NCBI RefSeq assembly: GCF_001194135.2
Contig: NC_068989.1
Location: forward strand, 50,433,273-50,497,272
DNA length: 64,000 nt
Source of the DNA: Octopus bimaculoides
Lineage: Eukaryota
Direction: 5' to 3'
Part shown: positions 11,931-25,689 of the stretch, piece after piece
Position numbering within the stretch: the stretch's first letter is position 1
Layout: the number at the start of each line of letters is the position of its first letter
Position numbers and translations under genes: made by a program
The notes under the pieces: model-generated
What the model was told of the DNA's origin: nothing
The model's database searches: none
The model's input: the letters and a program-made list of their open reading frames with translations, nothing else

Positions 11931-12224
11931 TGACTTAAGCTACTGAAGCTGCTCAGAGTAGATCTTCTTTATTATCATTTGGTTCGGGTTTAAAAGTTCA
12001 AAGTGGACTAAGTCTTTCATATCGCACCAAACAGATCTTTTGCCAGGGGTACCAATGTTTCTCCTTTCCCTACCCACTGTCTTCGGCGCTCGACATTCTT
12101 ATAGAGAACCCATTTCTCTTCACCAGTGACTATTCGGTCCGAAAAAGGCTCTTTCGGGGGGACGTGACAGCAACTAAGAGCACACGTTCTCTCTCAGTGT
12201 ACTATTAGACTCGGAAAGTTTGTG

Positions 12225-12231
12225 AGTAGTT

Positions 12232-12265
<34 letters not shown>

Positions 12266-12285
12266 CAGCAGCAGATGTTGTAGTG

Positions 12286-12338
<53 letters not shown>
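12225..12338. repeat. (GTA)n microsatellite, interrupted
   Basis: Directly visible. Confidence 0.92.
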
Positions 12339-12339
<1 letters not shown>

Positions 12340-14894
12340 TTCGAAAAGCTACCGTGCGTTCCCTGAAGATTACAAGATGGATAGTACTGTCGTTGGAAAA
12401 TCAACCTACATGTTCTTTAAAAAGTTAGTGATGGACAGGAGCAACAACGGCAATGTATTCTGGGCTTTGGTGAGGGGAATGCAAGTAGTCTTTTCTGGAA
12501 AACTTTCAAGTTTAGTATTACTGATTATCCACAATAATTGTTGGCATGGCATTGAAACATATTAACATATACCTGTTCGGTAATTCATTTTTGTCAATTT
12601 TTGAGTCAGTAGTAACTGCACCTGTTCAAGTTCTGTGTATGACAAAAAGACTACCCCACACGCGCTCGTTCAGTGTTTGTGGATTTATATTGAAAAGATG
12701 TTATTAGTTGTGATTACATACGAGAGCGTTCCAGCTTCTTACTGAATCAACTGCCAATGTTGGGTCCACAAGCTTGTAGTGACCAATAAGTGTAGGTTGT
12801 CTTCTTTTTTCTTTCGGAGGAGCCTGTATAGAAACTGTCGAAAGTTATCCATTTCATGATGGAATACTTGAGTGGGACGATAATAATAGAGATGGAGGCG
12901 TAGCCGTCGAATAATATATAATGTGAAATGGATTAGAGTGGGAGATTGGTGTGGCCAAATGACCCACAGTGACTATGCAGCTGCACGCTGACGTCAGTTC
13001 AAGACAACGCATGCATTTGGTGTGAAAAAGTAAAGGTGTGGTAGATCGCCCAATTTGTGGAACCTCTCCTACTAATTCATTCTGTACTGATGGTACTATT
13101 CATTGTTATTTGTAGTGTCTTTATTATAAATTCTATCATCCATATACATGATGTATATACCCCACAGATTCTTGCTTGTTGTAATCCTACGTATTTCTAC
13201 TATCTTGCAATCCTCCATCCTCGTAAATACTTCAACAAGTAATGTCTATTGGTAATATATTACATTTTACACTATGAAAATAAAATAACGCTTTTTAAAT
13301 TTCTTTCTTCACGTTCTTCATGTTCTTCATTTTGGGGATAGTGACCACGCATTTACTTTGCATTCACCCTGTATTCTCCCCGATTAATTTCAATTTTATT
13401 CTCTCTTATATTTTACCAATATTGTGCTTCTCATTATCTCTAACTCTTGATATATTTAAAACTCTCACGTACATAATTGGATCCATAATTAACGAAAATT
13501 GTTTTTATTAATCATTATTTTATAACTGACCTTATTATTCTTGTCATGACTATTTCATAATGGCGTTCTACTTTTGCTAGATCCCCTCGCCCGTCCCTCT
13601 GCATCATCAATATAGCGTACGGATATCAGATTTATCGTTGTATATGAAAAATGCAATCATAACTTATTCCATTTAATTTTCTGCGCTTCCTTGCTAATTT
13701 TATTCCAATGTTTTAGAATGAGACTATAATTAGTGATATACTTATATTATATCAATTACATTGATTTATTTCTTTTCGTTTTTAGCACAATCTCTGAAAA
13801 TATTCTGAGTTTCTTTTTAATAAATTCCTTTATTTCAGTATGTTCTATTCTGTCTGATGTATTACATTTTGTTCTTGATCAAATCCCTCGATATCCAAAC
13901 CGATACTTTTTTTATCAGTTTTTACTTTTAACAGTTTTCTCTGAAACAAATATCTTTAATGGTAGATTTCTGGAATGGTGCTTTACTTAAAGTATGTGAC
14001 CCTTTGCATACACTTTCGAATTGTCAATATACAAGATTTGAATTCTAATCTCTTTGCCGATTTATCACCCGCACTTCCCTTTTACAGCTGTGTTGGGCTG
14101 TTAGAAAATTGTTGAAGAGTAATTGTCTCTCTGGTAAATACATTTCATTAAAGAAAGTGAGTTTGTTAATCTTACTTATAACCCATAATAATGTTACTCT
14201 TGTGGGTCAAATTGTCAAATTCTTGCTGAAGATATGTTCAATATATATTTATAGTGATTCCTTTAGCCAAGAACTTTGTGACATTACCATATCTCTTCCC
14301 TCTGTAAACACACATTTGCAACCTTTTATTTGTCTTTATGCCCTCTTATATTTCTGTATTCATGGGGAATTTATATTTTCACCCATTCGCCCCTATTTGA
14401 CATCAGTTTTCTCAGGAAGATTGATTTATATATATGTATATGCATATATATATATATGTATATGTATATATATGTATATATATATATATATATGTATGTA
14501 TATATATATATATNNNNNNNNNNNNNNNNNNNNNNNNNNNNNNNNNNNNNNNNNNNNNNNNNNNNNNNNNNNNNNNNNNNNNNNNNNNNNNNNNNNNNNN
14601 NNNNNNNNNNNNNNNNNNNNNNNNNNNNNNNNNNNNNNNNNNNNNNNNNNNNNNNNNNNNNNNNNNNNNNNNNNNNNNNNNNNNNNNNNNNNNNNNNNNN
14701 NNNNNNNNNNNNNNNNNNNNNNNNNNNNNNNNNNNNNNNNNNNNNNNNNNNNNNNNNNNNNNNNNNNNNNNNNNNNNNNNNNNNNNNNNNNNNNNNNNNN
14801 NNNNNNNNNNNNNNNNNNNNNNNNNNNNNNNNNNNNNNNNNNNNNNNNNNNNNNNNNNNNNNNNNNNNNNNNNNNNNNNNNNNNNNNNNNNNNN

Positions 14895-14934
<40 letters not shown>

Positions 14935-15689
14935 TTACATGCATACATACAAACGTACATACATAAATATATGTATATCTATCTTTCTATCTATCGATAG
15001 ACATATTTATATATATTTACTACCTTTACTACTACCTCCCTTAGTACCCTCCTTCTTCTTGAACTATCTTTTCTCGTCTTACCATTCCCCGTCTTAATAC
15101 CCCCAGTCCTCCTTCTAATACAGCTAGATCTCCACATTTAATCATTCCACCACTGAATTTTTCTGCATTAAGATATGAAATGTGATATCTTCTCTACCCT
15201 GATGACAGAGGCCCGTCTCATCCAATGTGACATTTGGTCACATATTGTGTTGAACTAACTCTACCAAAGTTATTATGGATCACCGAACGCCCAGAAACAG
15301 CTGTTAGACTTGTAACACCTTTCTCCCCCCTCCTTTAATTTTCACTGTCGCTTGTACTCTGTGTAAGTTGGACCTATTAATATGAATATCTATATATCTA
15401 TACACAAAAATTCATCATCTGAATGTTTTCTCTTTTTGCTTTCTCTTGTTTTGCATATATACATATATATATTTTTTAAATCTTATGTATTTATTATTTA
15501 ATATGTTTGATGTGTCTAATTCGTTTATCTGCAGAATTGTCTCTATAACCGCTGAAGTCGATCCCTCTTATGGTCCTTCTTTACCTTGTGGTTGGATCCC
15601 CTGTAAAGTCATCGGAGTCTGAATCTTTTGAGCACTACTAAGTGTCTTCTATATAGAGAATCTTTGGATCTCATCTGTGAAGTATATAT

Positions 15690-15960
15690 GTATATATATA
15701 TATGTATGTGTGTATGTCTCTGGGTGTGTGTTTGTGTGTGTGTGTGTTTGCGTGTGTGTGTATGTGTGTGTGTTTGTGTGTGTGTATGTATCTGTGTGTG
15801 TGTGATTGTGTGTGTGTTTGCGTGTGTGTGTTTGTGTGTGTGTATATGTATGTGTGCGTGTGTGTATGTATCTGTGTGTGTGTGATTGTGTGTGTGTTTG
15901 CGTGTGTGTGTTTGTGTGTGTGTATATGTATGTGTGCGTGTGTGTGTGTATGTGTGTGAG
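15690..15960. repeat. (TG)-derived compound repeat with an exact 80-bp higher-order duplication
   Basis: 15781-15860 is repeated exactly at 15861-15940. Confidence 0.85.
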
Positions 15961-17803
15961 TATGTACGAGGCTTGCGTAGTTAGAATATACTAATGAAAC
16001 TTGGTATTTTGTAACTTATTGATATTGGAGGAATGCATTAATATACAGTGAACATGAAAATATCTTTGTGCATTTACTTACGTTTTTTAGATACTAAATT
16101 CCTATTTTCCTCTTTTCATTCACTCTTTTCATTCACTCTTTTCATTCATCAACCTATTAATAAACTAATTACTCGTCAATCACTGTAATGAGTATATATA
16201 AAAAAAAAATTACAATCACCCTCAAAACATATAGAGATCGTGCAGTTAGAAAACAGCATTGTTTATGTTCATCAAGTGTAAAATGAAAAAACAGTGTTTC
16301 TGGGACTTATCGGTGCCTAGTTCTTGGAATAAGTGTCTTTCATATTTCTAACAAGCAACTTGATATTACTTTCGGTTGTTTTACACTGTTGAATACATCC
16401 TTCCCTAGAATATATCTCTAATTATATGACATTTATAAAAAAATCGGAATTCCATGGAATGCTGGCGTTTTCAGTTCCCAGATCTTTACTACTAATGTAA
16501 CTCTCATTCGATTCATATCATTTCATTATTCCTTTTCTTTTACTTTTTGCGGAAGTCGCCTTAGTAACATATTCATTTTCCTCTCACCAACAACTCTCTC
16601 ATTGCAGTTTCTCTATTTCGAGGTTTTGTAGTGATTCTTTTATCTCATATTTACTTAACTAAGCTTCTATGAAATATTCTTGGGTTTCTTTCAAGCATTT
16701 CCTAATGTTTAAAGAAGATTCCATGCTGTTTTCCAAATCGCTTAATATGTTGCAACTTTTCTAAGATTTGTTGTTTTAATCATTCTCTCTCACATACAAC
16801 ACGCACACTTTCTTTCATTCTCTCTCACCATCTCCCTCTATTTCTATCACTCTGTCTCCTACTTCTGGGGTTTCACTTTTTTCATTTGCTTCCCAATCCA
16901 ATATTTCAGTTTTATCCCTGTATTTCATTCCGTATTGACAAATGTCTTTCTATTTCAATGCATCTTCGGTTGAATTTTGTCTTGTTCTTGCTTTTACTTA
17001 CCAAACATTTGCAAAACTAATTATTTCTCCTTAAAATGTGCAGGTAATATTTTAACATCACAGCCAAAACGGTGGTTGAAAAGCAACTTTGAGTACAAGG
17101 AAATATATTATTTCAGTTTTTAGTATGCTTCAATTTGTATCTGAGTTCAAAGCGCAAATACAAAAGCTTTGATAGTATGTGAATAATTCATGTATTTGGC
17201 TGATTTAATCGAATAATCACTCCCCAAAATATGTAGTCTCTTATAATATTGCTCAATTTACTTGCTGACAACACATGACTAAATGATTCTGTTTTCATTG
17301 TTGAAGGAAATTCATCTTTAAAATATCTCTGAGCAGATTTCTCTTATAATTTAAATTGATTTCTAAGATTTTGTCTATTTAGTCTATTGCTATATTGGGT
17401 AATAATCTTGAGTTTTAGTTCTTGTAAGCTCTCTTCCTAACCGTTGTTACTTAATATCGATTTTGGATTCCTTATAGAGATTACAGATGGTTATGGCTTC
17501 TATTTTAAAATTCATCAACATTTCTTGGCTTTTTTCGTCAGCTTGCTTTTACCGTTTAACCAGGGAGTGAAGGACAGGACACTTGCTCCTCTCTGACACC
17601 CAATATCTCCGAGAAGAGTGAAAAAAAAATGAAGCTCCCTCAAACTGAAAACCTGACCCGAGTGCTCACAGCAGAGTGAACTCTGCTAAAGGTAGCGAAG
17701 GACCGGCTAGTGATGTTACACTAGGCGACGGATTAAGTTGATCATACCGAAACATGCATCAGGTCTTCTTTGTATCACGCATGGGCTGTAAGCCTGTTGC
17801 TGT

Positions 17804-17822
17804 ACTACTACTACTACTACTA

Positions 17823-17887
<65 letters not shown>

Positions 17888-17893
17888 GCTGCT
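17804..17893. repeat. (TAC)n microsatellite at a gap edge
   Basis: Directly visible. Confidence 0.92.
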
Positions 17894-18659
17894 NNNNNNN
17901 NNNNNNNNNNNNNNNNNNNNNNNNNNNNNNNNNNNNNNNNNNNNNNNNNNNNNNNNNNNNNNNNNNNNNNNNNNNNNNNNNNNNNNNNNNNNNNNNNNNN
18001 NNNNNNNNNNNNNNNNNNNNNNNNNNNNNNNNNNNNNNNNNNNNNNNNNNNNNNNNNNNNNNNNNNNNNNNNNNNNNNNNNNNNNNNNNNNNNNNNNNNN
18101 NNNNNNNNNNNNNNNNNNNNNNNNNNNNNNNNNNNNNNNNNNNNNNNNNNNNNNNNNNNNNNNNNNNNNNNNNNNNNNNNNNNNNNNNNNNNNNNNNNNN
18201 NNNNNNNNNNNNNNNNNNNNNNNNNNNNNNNNNNNNNNNNNNNNNNNNNNNNNNNNNNNNNNNNNNNNNNNNNNNNNNNNNNNNNNNNNNNNNNNNNNNN
18301 NNNNNNNNNNNNNNNNNNNNNNNNNNNNNNNNNNNNNNNNNNNNNNNNNNNNNNNNNNNNNNNNNNNNNNNNNNNNNNNNNNNNNNNNNNNNNNNNNNNN
18401 NNNNNNNNNNNNNNNNNNNNNNNNNNNNNNNNNNNNNNNNNNNNNNNNNNNNNNNNNNNNNNNNNNNNNNNNNNNNNNNNNNNNNNNNNNNNNNNNNNNN
18501 NNNNNNNNNNNNNNNNNNNNNNNNNNNNNNNNNNNNNNNNNNNNNNNNNNNNNNNNNNAGGCATAACACCAACATGAACTTCTAACTTGTTGTCTCTTGA
18601 GGTCTCTGGGTGAGACTTGGATCCAACTTGTACAAATGCAAAGCAAAAATCAAACATAA

Positions 18660-18675
18660 AATAATAATAATAATG

Positions 18676-18724
<49 letters not shown>

Positions 18725-18830
18725 TAATAATAATAATAATAATAAAACGAAGAAGAAGAAGAAGAAGAAGAAGAAGAAGAAGAAGAAGAAGAAGAAGAAG
18801 AAGAAGAAGAAGAAGAAGAGGAGGAGGAAG
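18660..18830. repeat. (AAT)n followed by (AAG)n
   Basis: Directly visible. Confidence 0.95.
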
Positions 18831-19040
18831 AAGGAAACAAAAGATGAAACTAAACAAGATTCAAAAATAACTTTCAAAAATGAATGGAAATAATAATAAT
18901 AATGGTAATAATGGTGATGGTGGTAATAATGATAATAATAATTCAGCCAAAACTCATGTCGGATCATAGGAAATATTAGCAATAAGAAAGAGTAGTAAAA
19001 AAATGAAAACAATAATATTAATGATGATAATAATAATAAT

Positions 19041-19662
19041 GAAAGGAAGCGGTTGGAATCTCCCTATGCTCTGACTGATGATACATCTAGTGATGGTGTC
19101 ACAGTAAAAACACTGGTAACGGAGCAACTTGATAATCGCTACCTCATATGAGTGACAATGAAAAAACAAAATATTGTGAATGAAGGTGGTAATGAAACTG
19201 GAACTCTTGATGGTGACAGTGTTACACGTAGCAGGCTCAGAGATAGTGATCCGACTCCAGACTGTCGTTAATCAGCAAGATACCAGCACACATGGCGTAG
19301 ATGGAACAAACAAGTCAATGCTATGTTCATGGAGTCTTACTACCTGAGCAACCCCGTAGACGAAAATGGTGTTCATTTTCGGGGATACCGACAACGTGTG
19401 TACGATCAATGGAGGGAAAGAGGATTGTTTCAACTCACGGTACAGAAATTATGTGATCAAGCTAGAAGAATGAGAAAAAGTCGTTGGTTCGCAGAACTAG
19501 AGCTCGAAGCTATTCAAAGACGGTTATTGGAAAACAGCAGCAGAGGAAACGATGAAAATACAGTTCCTGCTGATAAAAGTACTAGAAAGTAAGAAAGACA
19601 AGGTGTTGTGGGACTTTAACATCCAGACTGACATAGTAATAGAATCTAGAAGGCCTGAATTG

Positions 19663-19735
<73 letters not shown>

Positions 19736-20107
19736 ATAAAGAGAGTTGAAAGTGACAGATAATTGAGTTTTTATAACCCCAAATGATGAAAAAATTAATA
19801 TGAGGAGTATAGAATAAAATAGCTAAGTACCAGGACCTAGCTGTTGAATTACAGAGATTATGTAAAGTGCAGGTAAAATGTATCCCAGTAGTTATATGTG
19901 CATTGGGAACTACCCTTAAACATCTGAACAGAGGGATAGAGGAAATAGACATAAAGCCTAGTGTTGTTAGGTACAACTAGGATAATTAGCTGGGGTCTTG
20001 GCATCTGAGGCTACTTGCTGTAACCCAATAGGAGGATTTTTGGCATCTAAGGCCGATATTAGGATTCTTTACTTTTCCAACAGTCCAATTTGTTAAGTGT
20101 ATACGAA
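19041..20107 (+). mobile_element. Internally deleted R4/Dong-clade (RLE) LINE derivative retaining both ends
   Basis: N-terminal MFMESYYLSNP...RGYRQRVYDQWRERGLF..TVQKLCDQAR..RKSRWFAELELEAI is joined at ~19575 to KVLWDFNIQTD..IESRRPEL(V)nDK and KYQDLAVELQRLCKVQVKCIPVVICALG (PD-(D/E)xK nuclease); (AAT)n on both sides. Confidence 0.8.
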
Positions 20108-20225
20108 AATAATAATAACAATAATAATAATAATAATAATAATGATGATAATAATAATAACAACAACAACAACAATAATCATTATTTTATTATTATTATC
20201 ATCATCATCGTCATCATCATCATCA

Positions 20226-20290
<65 letters not shown>

Positions 20291-20315
20291 GTTATTATCA
20301 TCATTATTATTATTG
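20107..20315. repeat. (AAT)n/(CAA)n/(ATT)n/(CAT)n compound microsatellite
   Basis: Directly visible; switches from AAT to ATT polarity. Confidence 0.93.
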
Positions 20316-20330
20316 TGGTGGTGACAGTGT

Positions 20331-20760
20331 CTCTGGGAAGATCTTCGAACACTTTGATTTTGGTCTCCAGCTCGGCCTTGGTGTTGCAGGCAGAGTGTTT
20401 GGGGTCTTTCTCAACCATGCCTCACACCTTATAATCCATTAGTTTACAAGGCCAGACATTGGGCTGATGAAGTTGTAGAAATTCTCTGACTATCTCCGAG
20501 GGTAAGACCAGGATCCGAACCCACTGTCTCAAACATATGGCTTTCCAGTAGCAATCTGCTCTAACCAGTCTCCAGCAGCAGCAGCTTCACATTGCCGTCT
20601 TAGGCCCTGTTCATAGACGTGATGATTAATTGCAGCGGGGACGCAGTCAGAACGGCCTCTGTGTTACCTCTTGCTGGCCACCGTGTCGTAGTCTCCGTTG
20701 CAGCTGTCTATGCAAAGGTCTTACAAACTTTATTGTATACACAGAACATTCAGCAGTAAT
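20331..20760 (-). mobile_element. Tc1/mariner (maT/DD37D-like) transposase fossil, internally deleted
   Basis: WLEQIATGKPYV..., SENFYNFISP..., MDYKV*GMVEKDP.HSACNTKAELETKIKVFEDLPRDTV, plus N-terminal DSCNGDYDTVASKR. Confidence 0.65.
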
Positions 20761-22189
20761 CATAAATTCGGCATTTTGATAATGACGCGAATCACCACGA
20801 TACAGGTAACTGTCTTCCAATAGTCAGATGACTTCAGCAATTCAAGTGAGCTAAAGTTTTCTCAATTACAAATGTTATGCTCTCCAAGGCCGTGGATTAT
20901 TCACTAATACATCAACATGTTCCTAAATAAAAGGAGACAGAACATATCGTCGAATTTACCCCGACCACCTTGCATGTGTACACACAAACACTCACACACA
21001 CACCTGGTAGCCGCATAACCAGTCAAATCTCACTGCTAGAAGCATATGTAATTTCAGGTGACTGTTCAAGAACTGATGTTCCAAATAACCAGCAGGTTTG
21101 TTAAAAGTTAATTATTAGCGACAGAAGCAATAAAAATTCGAAAAGTCGGTCTCTTGGTGCGATGTAACGTAGACGAATTGTTAGAGCTGAATACTGTGTT
21201 ATTTACCTTGACAGGATCTCTGATTTGGACGCATGAGACATAAAAGCATATATGTATATATATCGCTGGCATACAAGAATCATCCGCTACACCCGTCGCA
21301 ATACTACTAATGTCGATAATAATTATATTTTAATAATCCTGTTGGGTATCTTTGAGATCAGAGCATGAATAGTCACTCAAATTCATATACCGTTAGCAGT
21401 GAGATTTGACTGGTATGCGGCTGCCAGACATCTGCCACTGAAGAGATTAAGCACATCGAAATCACATGATCCTGCGGTTTTGGCGCCCGTAGTAGGCCAG
21501 CGATTTAAATATGCGTGCTTTTATGCACCGGGCGTCCATATGAGGGATAGTCCCAAGGTAAATAGTGCAGTATTCGGTGCTCTGACAATGCATCCGTGTT
21601 AACTTAGATATAAGGATTGACTCCTGCAATTAATACTGCTTCTTTGGCGAATAACCTTTTAAGAAGGCTGCTGGCTACTGACGACATCATTTCTTGAATA
21701 TTCACTTAAATTCCATATACTTTTGGCACTGAAATTTGACTGGTATGCTGCTATAGGTTATATACTGCCTAGAACATGTTCTCACATATCTTAAAGAAAC
21801 CTTCTAAGACTTCTTGCAGAATACATGGTGGTACATGTCTGCTGATCGACAATGAGTGTCTTAATTCCAGGAAACTCTCTGTTACGTAGATAGGAACTTG
21901 ACTGTCAAACACACCAATTACCACAAGAGCAATTGCCAACTTTATTTTGTAGGATATTTCTATCTCTCAGGCTATGGATGATGCACTCTTTAGCAAATTT
22001 ATTGCAGTATCTATAATTTTCACTGTCTTTTTCTCCCTGTACAATCATATCTGGTTCTATTGCCTCAACAGCACGGTACTCAATCGTACGTAAATCTCCT
22101 AAAGTCCTGTGATCATTCACTATCACAACCTCTCTCTTCCGTTTATATTATGATTTATTACTATGAACGTTGTTGTTGCTATTATTATT

Positions 22190-22192
22190 ATG

Positions 22193-22275
<83 letters not shown>

Positions 22276-22320
22276 TATTATTATTATTATTAGTAGTAGT
22301 AGTAGTAGTAGCAGCAGCAG
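22190..22320. repeat. (AAT)n/(ATT)n/(AGT)n compound microsatellite
   Basis: Directly visible. Confidence 0.93.
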
Positions 22321-22884
22321 GAGTAACTGTCGTTGTGATAGTAGTAATATTTGCATAGCTTCAAATGAGTTTCCATGTCGCATTAATTACATATCTGAGA
22401 ATGGTATTAAGTCTCATTTAGGCAAACATTATAACAAGTTATTCATCAATATACGATGAAATATGATTAAAACTAAACAAACGGAAAAAAAACTAAATGA
22501 TAAAACTCTGCGTTCACTTACAAACAAAATTGTTAATATAAATGAAAAAAAAACCGCATTGAATAGTCCCAACACTTTCTTTTGTTTTTTTCAATGGTAT
22601 CTTGTTTTGCATAATTTTGTTTCATTGGTTTGTTTCCTTTTCTGTCTAACTGTATCAATAAATACTGTAATATACTAAGTTTATGATTTGTTGACACAGT
22701 AAAAGTAAATTATAAAAACAATCACGTCTAAAACATTGAAATTCTAATTTGTTTGATATGAGGACAGATTTATGAAATTTGCTTTATTTCAGAATTAATG
22801 AAAATAACAACACCGGCAGTAAAGAATGGAAGAAAAATCATCGGCAGTGATGGGTGAATAGATTTAAAGTTGGTACGAATACGT

Positions 22885-23045
22885 GCAAGAGTGCCTGTAG
22901 TGTAAGAACTTTGCTTCCTAGCCACATGGTCCAGGGTTCAGCCCCACTGAGTGGCACCTCGGTGAAGTGACTTCTTCGATAATACCAGATCGACCAAAGC
23001 CTTGCGATTGGACTGGTAGATATAATGTGAAAAAATTCCATTGTG

Positions 23046-23112
<67 letters not shown>

Positions 23113-23142
23113 CGGAAACTGAAAGAAGCCCATCATGTATAA

Positions 23143-23177
<35 letters not shown>

Positions 23178-23398
23178 ATTATATCGTTGTGTCCTCGCGG
23201 CCATCGCTTTACAACTGGTGTTTGTTCTGTTTACGAAGCCGTATCCACGAAACTTTCTAAAAAAAAAGCAGATCACTAGAAACATTACCGGACTTTGGCA
23301 TTGCGTAATGATGACAATTTACAAGACTTGGCCCTTCAAGGCAGTGCTCCAGAACACCGCAGCAAGCGACGAAGTCAACCCATTTCTAATGAAATAAC
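22885..23398 (+). mobile_element. Diverged SINE family A with internal (TA)n and (TG)n
   Basis: Head GCAAGAGTGCCTGTAGTGTAAG...GGGTTCAGCCCCACTG, GGAAACTGAAAGAAGCCC, tail GGCAGTGCTCCAG. Confidence 0.75.
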
Positions 23399-23399
23399 T

Positions 23400-24250
23400 T
23401 GCAGTCGTAGGAGATAGAATAACCGGTGTCAGTTTGAAACTAGATACGTAGAAAGTCAATTTCATTGCTTTGGCTGGCGTCGTTGAAACTGGTTCGGTCT
23501 ATTGGCTAGATGAAAGTAACTGAGATGAGATTAGACGATGAGCAGGCTATGTCAAGTATGAACTGCAGCAAACTATCCAGGAAACGTCTTATACTTTTGA
23601 CGAACAGAAATATCGCCTCTGTTATAAAGCATAATTTAACCGTCGTACATTGCTCCATTTTTTTGCCTGATCGGACTGGAGATGGTTCGTTTTCTCATAA
23701 AGAACTGCTTCCACTGGTAAGGTGTATCCTCTGCTACCGAGAACCTCTGCTTTGGAAATTTAAAATACTGAAGTTGTTGATGCACAACTACACATCGAAG
23801 CCACGGACTTTTAAAACAATCATTGGATATGGCTGCCGTTAGTCAGGCAAATTTTCCAAACGCCCGTATCTTTGTAGTCTGGTTGAGCAAATCATATGAC
23901 TGAGTACTTGGCGGGTGGAACACTGTAAATCAATTACAGCCTTTTCTAGTTGGGTAATTCAGCTGGTGGAACTTGCAAGATGTACATTCTATCAAAGACT
24001 AGTGGTAGGGATAGGTGAAAATGTTATGCTAAAAATTACGGAGTTCAAGAAAAATCAACTGGCATTCTCTTTCAGAGGACTCTAGGCCAAGGGACTATTG
24101 AGAACTTTCCGAAGTTACTGACGTAGAGTGCTAATGGAGATTATTTCGGATACGAGTTAACCTTTATGGTTATGGGAGTAACCGTAACCAGGATTTTAAG
24201 AAATGTGAACAAGGCGTCGGTGAAATTCTTGAAGAAATCCTGCTATCGCT
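23400..24250 (-). mobile_element. Highly decayed CR1-type RT relic
   Basis: Fragments GKKMEQC..., RRFLDSLLQFILD..., SNEIDFLRI*F resemble CR1 RT motifs (GK.MEQ, RSCLTNLLEF, D.IYLDF). Confidence 0.35.
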
Positions 24251-24776
24251 CATATCCATTTGCAGTAATGCTCGCCAGCAGGTAGTTTTCACTGCCTGTT
24301 GGCAATGCAGACATAGTTTGCCTGGTGGATGCTGCTGTAATGTCTGGATGTAGGCAATTTCTTGTTCTGCTAATCTACATCTTGTTTTGCAACTGCTACA
24401 TGTAATGAGGATGAAAATGGGCAAGAAGTTGTTGCCCTCCTGAAATTTTGTTTCAAGAAAGCATTAAACAGCAAGCAGACAAGACTAAAAGACCAACAGA
24501 CAGGACACAACCTAACAACAAAGAGAACATAAATAACACCAACTAAATATACGGCTCGCACAACAACAATAGCAACAAACTTCCCCTACATTTACGTGTG
24601 CTAGTGAAAACAAAAATCTGCATCAGGTCATCTAGATCATATCTAGAGACAGTCTTCTGTGGTATTGAGCAGAATATTTGCCGTAGCCTATATTTTATAC
24701 TAAGACAAAATAAAACATACTGACACTTCCAGTCATTTAAGATCAGAAGCTATGAGAGCCAATACCTAGTACTGGG

Positions 24777-24840
<64 letters not shown>

Positions 24841-25689
24841 TATTATCATATTAATATTGCATAATTTCTGGATCTTTGAACAGGATTGTAATATTTTAAG
24901 TTAGTTGCTAATTTGATAAGATTGATCGAATGTTTGGTAGCATAAAACATCTAATGGGGAAAGGAACGCGAGCGATAATGTCTGTAATATGTTATACAAT
25001 GCGCAGCACGACAGTGGCATAGCCTGTTAAGAACAATAAATTTTCACCAAAATATTCTAGAAAGTGTCTACGAAGATTTATTTCTACAACAGCGAAAGCT
25101 CTACGAGACATTAATAATAGGGGAAAGGGAAGATGTCTATCTACCTCAAGGACGTTTAACTGTGATTCGAAAATTGTCGGTTATGCTGAAGCCCTTGAAC
25201 TTGAAATATTAGTAGCAGAACCAGAAAATCTGATTAAATCTAATCATATTCATTCTCATGGTTTTTACTAATCTTATAAAATTGGAATTAAAGCATTGAA
25301 TGTAATATATATGTCAATCAGTTAAAGCTAAAAGAGGACATACATTCATCCGAGTAGCACAAAATTGCATTACAATGTTTTAATTATTTAACACAAAGCT
25401 TAATGCATGGGAATGATTGATATCTAAATTTTAGATTGAAAAATCTGCAGAAAATTACCGATCCTCATAACGTCATTGTGGTACAGGTAAATAGAAGCAC
25501 ATGTAGATGTTGTTCTAAATGTCAATATTGTGAATGTAAGCATGCACAAATTTGCACTTCTTGAAGAAAATTCATCTTAAAATTTTGGAAAAAATGTCAT
25601 TGTTGGGCAGTATTCTAATCCACGATGAATGGTTGAGGAAGCTAAAACAGAATTTTGCGAGTATTTAGGAAATACTTCTATGATCAGTG

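Noticed and set aside
15199-15310. Hammerhead with long stem II (CTGATGA...GAAACAGCTGTT)
   Set aside because: Core and palindromic stem III are present, but stem I does not pair and stem II is poor.
17715-17765. Hammerhead-like motif CTAGGCGA...CCGAAACATGCATC
   Set aside because: The core is not CUGANGA, stem III lacks the C-G pair, and stems I and II are weak; at best a very decayed PLE end.
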